The notes beneath the pieces were generated by a model. It did no database searches and had not been told where the DNA came from. It saw only the letters and a list, made by a program, of their open reading frames with translations. Made by a program: the position numbers and the translations under genes. A DNA stretch of 64,000 nt from Paraspadella gotoi (lineage: Eukaryota; Animalia; Chaetognatha): assembly GCA_051294375.1 (NCBI GenBank), contig CM119267.1:11035045-11099044 (forward strand), given 5' to 3'. Below are positions 1-11,638 of this stretch, piece by piece; position 1 is the stretch's first letter, and each line of letters begins with the position of its first letter.

Positions 1-94
1 TATATCCTACTCCTCACTTTTTCATTGGGCGATTATTCTTACGTAAAAATGAAGAGTGAAGATAGGGAATTCAATGTATTTTGGCGGTATATTC

Positions 95-315
95 ACACTG
101 CCTCACGTCCATCATCGTTTAGCCAATCCCAATGGCTCAGAGGGAGAACACACCATCCCAGGCTTTGTGTTCCATCCTCAGTCCTAACGACTTCCCTCTG
201 CGTTGGCAAAGCGAGACCGTCCTAGGGTAACCGCGCCAGTGACTGGAGGCTTCACTGAGTGTCGGAAGCCCCCAAAGCCAATGGGCATCACAGGCAACCC
301 GGCTGTTACCATAGT
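95..315. repeat. GC-richer intronic segment, possible SINE or other transposon fragment
   Basis: Composition differs from the AT-rich intron and there is no in-phase exon. No second copy in the window and no diagnostic motif. Confidence 0.2.
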
Positions 316-355
316 ATCATTAAATATTTAACGTTCGTGCTCTTTATTTTTCTAG

Positions 356-3300
356 GTTTTCCGTTATCCAACTCGTCCTTGGGAGCCGTAAGTACCTCAG
401 GATCAATTAGTCAAAGCAAGAAGGGCTCTCGCAGCGGCGCTGGCCAGAAGAATGGCCTCAGTCGAAACAAAAAAACTGATGTTCTCTGGTCGGAAGGAAA
501 AGTTCCGACTCCGAACTCTCCTTTAGATCCATACTTGGTTCCAAGGTTTGTTCCAAAGACTCTTACTTATCTCTATTTTGTCTCTTATACTGATTTTATT
601 TCCTCTCGAATCGCTGAAGATTCGTGTAACTTTTAAATTCCTATTTTAATTTTCGCCTTTTAGGTTACCCTCCGTAACCGTGGACGATCCATCCACCGAC
701 ATCCTGTCACTCAGTCGCGTTCTTCACGCTCTCAATCGTCACTGGACGCGAGTTTACCGTCGCCAGCAAACTACGCCTCCGCAGCGTAAAATCAATAATT
801 CCGAGTTTGTCAATCAAAAATTGGCTTCCAAAGCCAATCGCCAACTCCAGGTTCGTAGTCCTCTCCGCTAAACTCGACTTTTTAGGCCTATTACTTAGAT
901 CTCTCTCTCCCTCTCTCTCTCAGGATCCGTTGTTGATAATGACTGGACATTTGCCGAGCTGGATCAGCCAACTGGCGCACTCCTGTCCTTTCCTCTTCCC
1001 GTTCGAAACGCGACAGATGCTCTTCTACGTGACGTCGTTCGATCGTGATCGCGCCATGCAACGGCTTCTCGACACGACGCCCGATCTCAACTCGGCCGAT
1101 ACCTCCGAAAGGGTCACACCAAGGTTTGTCATCTATCATAATCAAGCCGAGCGTAATTTGTTGAGACGAAGAGAAAACATCTGTCGAAAAATACTAAACT
1201 CTCAAGTAGCTTTTTTTAACTTTATATATAGGAAAAACTAACGTCAATTAAGCTCCCAGAAAAAAGTTTTGAAAAAAATCAAAACTTAAAACTTTTAGGA
1301 TCGAAAAGCGATGAATTAACCTGTTCGCTTATTATGCAATACCCGTTCGCTTTCTGTTAGGTTGGAGCGCCGAAAGAAGACAGTGTCCCGCGAGGATCTC
1401 CTCAAGCAGGCCGAGCATGTGATGCAGGAAGTAACAAGTTCCTCGTCACATAGTCGGGCGATTCTGGAGATTCAATACGAAAACGAAGTAGGAACAGGAC
1501 TTGGCCCCACGCTTGAATTTTACACCCTCGTGTCTAAGGAGCTTCAGCGTGCCGATTTAGAATTGTGGAGAGGGGATTCTCTAGTCCTGTCGCCCGAGGG
1601 TAAGCGTTGAATGTCAAATCGTAAAAAATAATTAACGATTTACTTTTGGTTTGAAACCAAAAGGCGCGAAATCTAAGTTGGTTATTAAGTCTGATTTTGA
1701 TTATAAAGTTATGAAACGCTCATCTTTTTAGAATCAAGTTTGGACAACCACGGCGATGATTCTAAGCGATTCATATATTCTCCTACCGGTCTTTACCCGT
1801 CTCCCGTGGGCAGGAACACAAAGTCATCGCAGATGACAAAACTGAAAAATAAATTTAGGTGCATATTATTACATATTACTTGTTTTTTAGTCGGGTCTGC
1901 TTATCGCAGATTCCGTCTCTATAATTCACAATGTCGGCCCGTCGGTCCCACCCCAAAATCTTGTCGGTAAATAATTTTTATCATATCAGAATATCGAATT
2001 ATAATAAATTATGCAAAAAAAAAAATTCTGTCCGTCCCACCTTTTCATTAAAGTCTAATTACTCGAGATTGGATGGATGGTTTGGAATAACATTTTGTGT
2101 GTGGGTTGGAAAGTGTGTGATTGAGCTGTTGGACATAAACTCTCGTCGTAATCCGTCGATCTTAATTACTTTTTGTAAAAGTGTTTAAAAATATAAACAA
2201 TTGATATTTGTTTACAAACAATACAGAGTTCATCGTTATTTCATTACTTTGTTTAATCATGATTTCATTCGTTACAGATCGCATTAATATTAATTAGCCA
2301 TCGTCGGGGTTTAGTATTGGTTTCGTATTGGTTTAGCGATCATTCATATGGTTTGTATTGAGTGGCAAAGACGAGCTTACCTGACAGGTCATTGCTGTCG
2401 CTATTGCTTACCGATGCTTGCCCTATTGCTTTCTTCTAGTTCCTGTTCTATAAAGACTCGTTAAACCCAGCGATATTGATACTCTCAGAAGGGTGAGCAA
2501 GAGACGGAAAACCCCGCTCATCACTGGTGCATCGGCCGGGATATAAAGTTTAGATGAAATAGTGCAAATGGAAATGAGTTTAAATGGAAAAAATAGTAAT
2601 ATTTACTTATACTTTATATTATACTATATATTTTTACTTATATTTACTCATAATTATTATATTGATTAAAAATTGGATAGATAAATTGAAATGAAATTTT
2701 GTGTGCGATTAGGAAAGTATGTGATTATGCTGGATATAAGTTTTTGATGTAATCGTAGGAGTAGAAAAGTTGAAATTAGAAAACCAAAAGACACATTTGA
2801 ATTTTTAAAAGTTTCCCTTTCTCTATCTCTCCTTGATTGATTGATTGATTGATTGACCATATTATTCCAGTTGACCATATTATTCCAGTTGACCAAATTA
2901 TTCAAGTGACCAAATTATGCCAGTTGATAAAATTATGCCAGTTGATAAAATTATGCCAGTTGACCAAATTTATCCACTTGTCCAGCTGACCAGCTGCCAA
3001 AAAGTTGACCAAATTATGCAAATTGACCAAATTATGCAAAATGACCAAATTAGCAAGTTGACTAAATTATGCAAATTGGTATTGGCGCAGCTACTGGTAA
3101 TGATAGATCAATTGATTTATAGATTTTTTCATAGGTTTATTAAGTTTGTTATGATTTGTTGTGTTACGATTTGTTATGATCTGTTAAGATCACAAATAGA
3201 AAGTCAGAAAATTTTACCGTGATTTATCATCGAATTAGCTTATTACCGCTTAATTATCGTAGGTAGATCCGACATTGTTTGCTCGAACTTTTTTCTCCAT

Positions 3301-4933
3301 GCGGATAATTATCTTTTTTTATTTTTTTCAGATTTTTAGGCCGATTCATGGCGAAAGCGTTGATGGATTCACGGATGTTGGATTTACCCCTTAACATAGT
3401 GTTTTACAAGTGGCTACTCGGACTTGAACAATCCTTGGGCCCTTCCGACCTTCATCTTGTTGACCCTGCGCTGGCTCTTCACTTGGGTTCGTAATTAATT
3501 ATAGCATTACGGTTAAGTTATCAATTAAAATTTTTAGCAACTTTTTGCTATTACTTAAATATCTATAAATAGATTCTTCTTAGCGGCTACTAAATTCGCC
3601 TCCCGTATAGTTTGTGAAACTCGTTCACCAACCTAGAGTTCCGGTTTCAATCCTCTCACAGTCACGCTTGTTAAGTGTGATTGTGTCGGCATAACACGCC
3701 AGTTACATTGGGTGGTCACTGCAGGTCCAAAGTCATGAGCGCCAACTGTCGGGAGATGCCTCACACCCCGGGCATCACACATGTCTCCCCGTTCCCCTAC
3801 TAGTACTACTTGCTTTTTTACTTTTAGCTCTCAAAAGTTTTTTGTCTCCTTCAGTTCATTAGATTTTCATTTAATACAAAATATGCTAAAGATCGAACAC
3901 TGGTTCCTAATCGTTTTTTTCTACATCGTAATCACTCTTTTACTTTAAAGGTCGTTTTTATGAGTTGATTTTGGAAAAAGAATCAGTGACGTCCAATCCT
4001 TCATACAATGATGTGGCTGACAGAATCCGAGCTGTAGAAGCAATCACACTCGATGGGTGTCCCGTGCAAGACCTTGGTCTAGATTTTACTTTACCAGGAT
4101 ACCCTAACGCTGAGCTCAAGAAAGGTTTGAAATTTTTTTCGTTGACATTCGTTAATTGTAAAATAATAATTATACATGAATTGTCAAAAATTTAACAAGG
4201 TGGTCGAGATATCAGCGTCACTATTCATAACCTCGAGGAGTACGTCTCGCTCGTAACTCATTGGACTTTGGTTGAAGGGGTTCATAAACAGATGGAATCT
4301 TTTAAAGAAGGATTTCAAACGGTCTTTGCGCTTTCGCATCTGTCAATTTTCTATCCGGAAGAGCTGGAGATGCTATTTTGCGGCGGTGGTGGCTGCGCTT
4401 CAGGTAGCCCATTCGCTAATTTTTACTTTTAAACATATCTTTTAACGTTTCTTTATTTTATCTAGTAATAACGTAATTTATTTTCATTTTTACTTAGGAT
4501 CCGGCGATTCGTGGGATATCAAAACTTTGTCTGAAGCCTGTCGTCCTGACCATGGTTTCACTCAAGATTCCAAGGCAGTTCAGTGCCTTTACCAAGTTTT
4601 GAGTGAACTCACGCCCAAAGAGCAGCGGCTCTTCATCCAATTCGTCACGGGATCGCCTCGCTTGCCCGTAGGAGGATTTAGAGCGTTAAACCCTCCCTTG
4701 ACGATTGTCAGAAAGGTTTGTTTAATACAGATTATTCACGATCACTAAATACAATAACCCTATTTTTGCTCCTACAGTCGATCGATTCTCCAGAAAATCC
4801 GGATGATTATTTGCCATCAGTGATGACGTGCGTCAACTATCTCAAACTTCCGGATTATTCCTCGGCGGAGATTCTGAAATCTAAGCTATTGATGGCCGCT
4901 AGGGAAGGTCAAAAAGCCTTTCATCTTTCCTGA
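356..4933 (+). CDS. TRIP12: E3 ubiquitin ligase TRIP12/Ufd4-like (HECT), 3' portion; the 5' part lies outside the window
   Basis: Phase-compatible GT-AG exons 356-545, 664-850, 924-1123, 1361-1599, 1732-1858, 3332-3486, 3951-4124, 4200-4403, 4498-4715, 4778-4933. Motifs: [72 protein letters not shown], catalytic [15 protein letters not shown]-terminal FHLS. Confidence 0.93.
2301..2541 (+). mobile_element. LTR-retrotransposon remnant: one LTR plus a tRNA-Gly primer-binding site
   Basis: Inverted ends CGGGGTTT...AAACCCCG, followed by TGGTGCATCGGCCGGGA (2525-2541), complementary to a tRNA-Gly(GCC) 3' end including CCA. Absent from the second HINE copy. Confidence 0.65.
2853..3075. repeat. 17-18 bp tandem repeat (CAGTTGACCAAATTATG), degenerate array
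   Basis: Visible periodicity; same unit as 9751-10240. Confidence 0.9.
3598..3810 (+). mobile_element. Putative tRNA-derived SINE in a TRIP12 intron
   Basis: Degenerate B-box GGTTTCAATCC at ~3641, GC-richer body, CTA/TAC-like repeat tail. Confidence 0.45.
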
Positions 4934-6169
4934 ACGCGGTTAACTCCGTTGACAACGTTAATAACCAGCGCATGGATGCAATTTATTTTTATATCTGTCT
5001 TTCAGAAAGACTCGACGGTCATAGGCGTGAAACCTTTGAATATTTATTTAATTTCGCTTAATTGCAATTACAAGTCCGTATTTTTATTTACGTTTTTAAA
5101 GGTAAACGCAATATTTCAATCAGTGTGGAATCAACGGGCTTAGCTACGTTACTCTTTAATATTAATAGTTTATGTTAGGTTTTTAATGTATTTAGAGAAA
5201 AAATTAAGCGTGTATTTTAATTGTGTAAAATATTTTTCTAAATTTTGTCTCCTAAAATTTAACTTTTTAAAGACCTTGTCTTAATCATAGGATCAGACTT
5301 GTTTCTCGGCGTTATCCGGGACCTAGTCGTTTCTTTTTTGTCGCAAAAAAATGATTAGCTGAAAGGTTGTCTGGACACTCACAAGTAGTTTTAGTACTAT
5401 TTTTATTGTTTTTGTTGACATTTTTAGGCTTTAATGTCGATTTGGTTCCATCGGAAAGATTGTTTAAGGCCAAAAATTTAAACTTTTAGAAACATTAACC
5501 AACAATTGCAATAACTCCAGACCAAGACTATGAAGATGTAGATTTTCGCATTTCTTTTAATATATACACTTAGTAGCTCTGCGTGGTTTTTTGTCATCAA
5601 GTTTTACTAGGCGCTACTTTTGTTCTGACCCTTTTTGTTCATTTATTTCAAGACTAGTTATATTTTTGCATGATTTTCCTTGAAAGGGAATATTTTGTAT
5701 TGTAACAGTGTAGGTTGTATACAGCTGACGTAATTTGTATTTTTGTATTTCCCCTTCAACGTCAGATTGTTTTTAGCTTGCAAAAGTCGTTACATGATAA
5801 ATATCGTAAATAACATGGCTTTTTAACAACCATTTTGCTGGCATGGATCTATATTTTTGCCAAAGCAAATTAAAGGTTAAATGAATCGCCATATAAGTAA
5901 TTTATGCCGCAGTCCAGTTTGAGAACTTTTCTTTTTGTATGAAAATGGTACATTAACTTTTGGGGAATAAATCATAACATCAGTTATTTTATATCATCTG
6001 AATAGCATTAAACCGACTGGGAAGTGCTTTCAAATAAAAAAAACGAATATTTAAAATATGATATTCAAAATACTTTGTTGTAATAATCTCACATCCTTTT
6101 TCTCTCAAGCTTGACATTGACTTGGAAATAATTCAGGACAATTCGAGTTTCATAAGACTAAAAAAGACA

Positions 6170-6559
6170 ATGACTGAGGGAGACGCAGATAAAGGAAAAA
6201 AGATTTTTGTTCAAAAATGTGCCCAGTGTCACACGGTCGAGGATGGAGGAAAACACAAGACAGGCCCCAATCTTTTTGGCATGTGGGGTAGATCAACCGG
6301 AGGTGCTTCCGGGTTCAGCTATACCGACGCTAACAAGAAAAAAGGTAAACGCCCGTCAGAAACGATTTGTGAGTTTTGACGTATTTTAAAAACAGTTTTA
6401 TCATCAGGAATTACCTGGGGAAGTACAACTTTAAACGAATACCTCACAAATCCCAAGAAATATATTCCGGGAACGAAAATGGTTTTTGCTGGCCTCAAGA
6501 AGAAGCAAGAACGGGCCGATTTGATAGCCTTCCTTGAAAAAGAAACAAAACTCGCTTGA
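6170..6559 (+). CDS. CYCS: Cytochrome c
   Basis: Exons 6170-6344 and 6408-6559. [18 protein letters not shown] (CxxCH heme motif), [30 protein letters not shown]. Confidence 0.98.
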
Positions 6560-6753
6560 CCTCAAAACCCGAACGACCTTATTTCATTCATTCCATAAAC
6601 AATAGTTTAGTTAGTCTTGTTTTTTAGTGCAATGCTTTTCCACTTGATCTGAGTTTCTTTTTGTTCAGTGTTCTTTTGCGAACTTTCATATTTAAGGGCA
6701 GACATTGACATTTGTCGTCCCCCGAAGAATCCCCGCCCAGGGCCGATCCCAGT

Positions 6754-7239
6754 ATGCAGGACACGGAGGCCGTGGTGACTATTCTCAGCTACTGCTTCAT
6801 CTCCGCCCTTTGCCTCGTCGTTTTCTTTTTGGTGGACAACGCTTCTGCCTCCGGCCCGTGGCCAACGAAAAGAACTAAACGGACCCAGCGCCTCGTCGGC
6901 GCCAAAAAGAGTTCCCGCGACTCTCCGTCGCCGGGCCATCTCCTTTCGGCCAATTCGAGTCGCTGCGTCTCGCCCGCGCCTTCGCTCCGATCGTCGGGGC
7001 ACGTTTCGGAGGCAACTTCGTCCACCTCCTCATTGGCGTCTTCCTTGCTGGGTAGCGGAAATTTCGAGCGAGGCAACGCCGAACAACAATCCCTCGTTAG
7101 CAAAGGCTTTAGTAGGACGAAACCGAGAAAAATGCAAAGGAGAGACGACTACGACGATGCGTCCGAAGACGAGAGCGACAAAGCTTTCAGAAGACGTTTG
7201 AAGAAGATAGTCCGTCAATGCAACCCTCCGCAAGTTTAG
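6754..7239 (+). CDS. Hypothetical single-pass membrane protein (161 aa)
   Basis: ATG at 6754. Hydrophobic AVVTILSYCFISALCLVVFFLV, then a basic/Ser-rich tail and acidic DDYDDASEDESD. GC content is coding-like against AT-rich flanks. No family recognised. Confidence 0.55.
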   Translation: MQDTEAVVTILSYCFISALCLVVFFLVDNASASGPWPTKRTKRTQRLVGAKKSSRDSPSPGHLLSANSSRCVSPAPSLRSSGHVSEATSSTSSLASSLLGSGNFERGNAEQQSLVSKGFSRTKPRKMQRRDDYDDASEDESDKAFRRRLKKIVRQCNPPQV

Positions 7240-7909
7240 AAAGAGGGGCATATTACGAGATTAGAAACAATTCAACACTATTTATTAAAACTTATCTATT
7301 ATTTTTATTTTGCCGGCTTGCTTTCATGTTTTTTTTTTGTTTTTTTTTTAACAATTTATAAATAATTCGTTCAATTTGTCCATGTAATACCCGCACGAGA
7401 AGTTCTGGTTTGCCTAGCTGAAGCTTACTTTCGTATAAACCGCGTAGATTAAAGTAATAACAGGAGCGTTCCGCTCTTTGTGGTTTCGTTCCTTTATCGA
7501 TTATTTTCACTATTTATTTTCAAATATTTTGTTTTTTCTATCACTCCGCAACTTTTAAGGGTTACCTCATATGAAATATTAATGATTCAATTTATCTGGT
7601 TATGGCCGACTGTCGCTGTGAAACGAAAAATCATTGTACAAATTTTGGAGAGTTTCAAGCTTAATTCTAATTATAATTTGCTTGCTTTGCTCATTGTGCA
7701 TATCATGATGTAACAACCATCTCATCTCGACAGCAGAAATAAATTAAATATATTCGGACAAATAGCCAGTATTTTTATTGCAAACCTTATAAAGTTATAT
7801 TAAAGATTTCAGTTTTGAAAATGAGTTAAGATGATTATTACATTATTCAATTGCAGTTCATTCCATTTTGTACTTCACTTGCCTGAATTTTGTTTCATTT
7901 GTTTCCTAG

Positions 7910-8641
7910 ATGGAGACCAGCAAAAAAATTGGTCTCGTCGTTTTCGATTTTGACAACACCATAATCGATGGCAACACCGACGTAGAGATACGATCCCTCA
8001 TCGAGGGTGAGGTACCTAATGATATCAAAAAATTGTTCTCTGGTGATAATTGGACGGATTATATGCAAGCCATCTTCAGACACATCCATGAACAAGGCAT
8101 CAGAAAGGAAGATTACGAGAAATCACTGCTCTCAATTCCTTTTTGTCAACGACTTCCGGATTTGATAAGATGGTTGTCTGAGAAAGACTATGAGATAATC
8201 ATCATATCCGACTCAAATTTGTTCTTCATTGAATGCATTTTAAAAGCCAACGGATTATCGCCTCTTGTGACAGAAATTTTTACAAACCCCGCTCGTTTCA
8301 ATTCCGACGATCTCCTTGTCATCGAATGGTTTCATAGTCAAGATTATTGCGATCTGTCTACAGTCAATATGTGCAAGGGTCAAATTCTGGAAGACTATTG
8401 GCAAAAACGCCGTTCGGAAGGGGTGACCTTCGAAAGGACACTCTATGTTGGCGACGGATCCAACGACTATTGTCCCGCTCTTCGTCTTAAGAATGAGGAT
8501 CTTGTTTTCGCCCGCAAAGGATTCAGATTGGAGGCTCAAATAAATTCTGGCGAAAAAGGCAAGGTCAAAGCTGATTTCGTGACATGGTCATCGGGAGATG
8601 ATATAAAATCCTTTCTTGAAAATTATGTTCATAAGCCTTGA
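7910..8641 (+). CDS. PHOSPHO1/PHOSPHO2-family HAD phosphatase, intronless CDS
   Basis: HAD motif I VVFDFDNTI, IIISDSN, FTNPA, NMCKG, YVGDGSNDYCP. Confidence 0.93.
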   Translation: METSKKIGLVVFDFDNTIIDGNTDVEIRSLIEGEVPNDIKKLFSGDNWTDYMQAIFRHIHEQGIRKEDYEKSLLSIPFCQRLPDLIRWLSEKDYEIIIISDSNLFFIECILKANGLSPLVTEIFTNPARFNSDDLLVIEWFHSQDYCDLSTVNMCKGQILEDYWQKRRSEGVTFERTLYVGDGSNDYCPALRLKNEDLVFARKGFRLEAQINSGEKGKVKADFVTWSSGDDIKSFLENYVHKP

Positions 8642-9065
8642 AAACTTTACGAGAATTTTAAAATTGTCAGTTTTTAGTTAGTATTTTGGATTTAAATTCA
8701 TCAGTTGCTCGGGAAAATTTGACTGTTACTTGGCTTAAAATTTCAAACGAGGTAATATTATTTTGATCCCCAAAATTAGCATGTGTCATCACGTGCATAC
8801 ATATTATAAACTTTTGTTTTTCATCTGACAGCCAAGAAAAGGTATTACTATATCAATACATGATAGTTTTCTCTCGAGTTACCGGTTTTGTATACATAGT
8901 ATTAGTTAGTATTACATACCAAATTAACTTTCTTTTTTAGTCGGAACTGCTTATCAGCAGATTCCGACTCTATAATTCACTTTGTCGGTCCGTCGGTCCC
9001 ACCCAAAAATATTGTCGGTAGATCATTATTATCATATCAGAACCTCGAATTATGATAAATTATGC

Positions 9066-9157
9066 TTAGGAGAAAAAACAATTTATTTGTTTTTATCAAC
9101 GAATTGTATTATTGGTAAGACATGTTTCGACTCTTGAGTTTTAGAGTCTTCATCAGT
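9066..9157 (-). mobile_element. 92-bp insertion with a minimal hammerhead ribozyme and a 10-bp TSD
   Basis: Minus strand reads CTGATGA-A-GACTCT[AAAACTCA]AGAGTC-GAAA-CATG-TC. TAAATTATGC lies at 9056-9065 and 9158-9167, and occurs once at the equivalent site of HINE copy 1 (~2005-2014). Confidence 0.8.
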
Positions 9158-9750
9158 TAAATTATGCAAAAAAAATCTTGTCCGTCCGTCCGTCCGTCTG
9201 TCCGCCCCCCCTTAGCACAAAACTTCAATTACTTGTTATTGGATAGATGGATTGGTATGAAATTTTGTGTGTGGGTAGGAAACTGTGTGATTGAGATGGA
9301 TATGAAGTTTCGATGGAATCGTGCGAGTGGAAATTGGTTTAAATGGAAAAAACAAAAAAATCTATTTCACTATTTGAACGCCAATTGCTCATGAGTGGAT
9401 AGGGCAATTGATTTGAAATTTTGTATGACGGTAGGAAAGTGTGTGATCGAGCTGGATATAAAGTTTCGATGGAATCGTGCGAGTGGAAATGGGTTAAAAT
9501 GGAAAAAACAAAAGTCATATTTACTTGAAGTATTTTTACTTAAATTTACTCATAATCATTGTTTATTAAAAATTGGATCTATAAATTGAAATGAAATTTT
9601 GTGAGTGTGTAGGAAAGTATGTGATAAAGCTGGATAAAAATTTTTTGATGGAATCGTAGGAATGGAAAAGAGTTCAAATTAGAAAACCAAAAAAACATTT
9701 ATTTGAATTTTTCTCTCTCTCTCTGGTTGATTGATTGATTGATTGATTAA

Positions 9751-10240
9751 CCAATTATGGCCAATTGACCAAATTCTGCAAGTTGACGCAAATTATGCTC
9801 AGTTGACCAAATTATGCCAGTTGACCAAATTATGCCTGTTGACCAAATTAATGCCAGTTGACCAATTATGCCTGTTGACCAAATTATGCCAGTTGACCAA
9901 ATTATGCCTGTTGACCAAGTTATGTCAGTTGACCAGTTATGTCAGTTGACAAATTAGTCAGTTGACAAATTATGTCAGTTGACAAAATTATGTCAGTTGA
10001 CAAAATTATGTCAGTTGACAAAATTATGTCAGTTGACAAAATTATGTCAGTTGACAAAATTATGTCAGTTGACAAAATTATGTCAGTTGACAAAATTATG
10101 TCAGTTGACAAAATTATGTCAGTTGACAAAATTATGCCAGCTGACAAAATTATGTCAGTTGACAAAATTATGCCAGCTGACAAAATTATGTCAGTTGACC
10201 AAATAATTGCAAGTAATTAAATTATGCAAATTGACCAAGT
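9751..10240. repeat. 17-18 bp tandem array (CAGTTGACAAAATTATGT)
   Basis: Near-perfect 18-bp units from ~9975 to 10200; 17-bp variants upstream. Confidence 0.95.
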
Positions 10241-10497
10241 TAGCTTATTACCACTTAATTATCGTAGGCAGATCCGACATGGTTTGCTCAAACTTGTTTT
10301 GATTATTGTTTACGCTGTCAGACTTATTTCCTTTGTTTTTCGAACCTTTAATTTATAAGGTTTTTTGCGTGGTATATATGTACACTTTTTTTACCCAATA
10401 TTAGTTTCGAGACCAAAATTATTAATTACTTCATTTTTGTTAGCTTCTCGGGGTTTAATTACGTAAATTTGAAATATGTTGAAAAATAGTTATGTAA

Positions 10498-10652
10498 TTT
10501 CCTTTCTTTTTCGTTGCGTTTTGGGTTTCATGTATAAAGCAGAGAGTTTTTTTATTTTAAAAAAGCGCTGATAAAGACTCGAAACAGAGTCGAAACATGC
10601 CCTGTTAAACAATTATATCGTTGTTTGTTAAAATAAAAAACTCTCTGCTTTG
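10498..10652. mobile_element. Small fold-back element with a degenerate hammerhead
   Basis: Tail TTTCCTTTCTTTTTCGTTG (10498-10516). Inverted arms AAAGCAGAGAGTTTTTTTATTTTAA / TTAAAATAAAAAACTCTCTGCTTT enclose CTGATAA-A-GACTC..GAGTC-GAAACATGCC. Imperfect 14-bp flanking duplication. Confidence 0.65.
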
Positions 10653-10725
10653 TAGTTTTCTAATTTTTCTTAGTAAAAATTAAAAAAAAAAAGATAATTC
10701 ATCGAAATACGAAAATTATGATGAT

Positions 10726-11588
10726 GATTTTGAACAAAGTTTGAAGAGAGATTTAACAACGATTTTTATTTCATAGTGAAACGGACATGTTTCGACTCAC
10801 ATACGAGTCTTCTTCAGCGCCAATTCAATTTGTGAATTTGAAGAGAATTTTGTGCATAAAGAAAGAGAGAGAGAGAGAGAGAGACAGAGCAAAGTTTCCA
10901 ACACAGAGTTTGAGAGAAAGGATAGTGTTCAGTTTTTTATTAGGGACAGGTGAAGGTGAGGACAGAGATAGTTTGTGAAAAGAAATTGAAATGGAGAGAG
11001 AGAGAGAGAGAGAGACAGTGCCTGAAAATATATTACATTATGAAATGTACAACAATGTTAAAATTTGGTAAACTTTAATAATGAATAATATCAACAATTA
11101 GCTACAGTAATAAATTAGTGAAATGAAATAGAAGTTCAGAAATGTGAAATATTTATTGTTAGTGAGGGATAGCTAAGTAATTAGGAAAAGGGAAATTTCA
11201 AGTAATAAGAAAGAGCTCAAAAATGAGCTGGCCCCCTTGGTTATGAACAAATGAAAGGCTAGATTTGATAAGGTCGGGTCATTGGTGTGTCATTGGCTGA
11301 GAGGACAGGTTGGTGGAGCCTACTTGTGCAGAGCTGGGAAGACTTCCTTGCGGGAAGAAACCAAAGGCTACTCGGATGTCTCATTTTTGAGCTCTTTCTT
11401 ATTACTTGAAATTTCCCTTTTCCTAATTACTTAGCTATCCCTCACTAACAATAAATATTTCACATTTCTGAACTTCTATTTCATTTCACTAATTTATTAC
11501 TGTAGCTAATTGTTGATATTATTCATTATTAAAGTTTACCAAATTTTAACATTGTTGTACATTTCATAATGTAATATATTTTCAGGCA

Positions 11589-11638
<50 letters not shown>

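Larger units (their letters stand above)
1883..3294 (+). mobile_element. Non-autonomous Helentron-associated (HINE/DINE-1-like) element, copy 1, in a TRIP12 intron
   Basis: T-run ends, subterminal inverted repeats GTCGGGTCTGCTTA...TAGGTAGATCCGAC, 5' short partner IR (GCAGATTCCG), GTCC microsatellite, internal 17-18 bp tandem array, 3' mini-hairpin. Paralogous to 8934-10299. Confidence 0.75.
8934..10299 (+). mobile_element. HINE/DINE-1-like element, copy 2
   Basis: 5' hairpin AGTCGGAACTGC...GCAGATTCCGACT, subTIR partner TAGGCAGATCCGAC near 10265, 3' stem-loop GTTTG-CT-CAAAC, (TCCG)n, ~170-bp internal direct duplications, satellite array. Confidence 0.78.

Noticed and set aside
2374-2390. U1 snRNA 5' end (CTTACCTG)
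   Set aside because: No further U1 similarity or Sm site, and it lies inside the LTR remnant.
9751-10240. CRISPR-like array or repeat proteins (MSVDKI, LTKLCQ ORFs)
   Set aside because: Contiguous 18-bp units without unique spacers, eukaryotic context, and the ORFs are translation artefacts.
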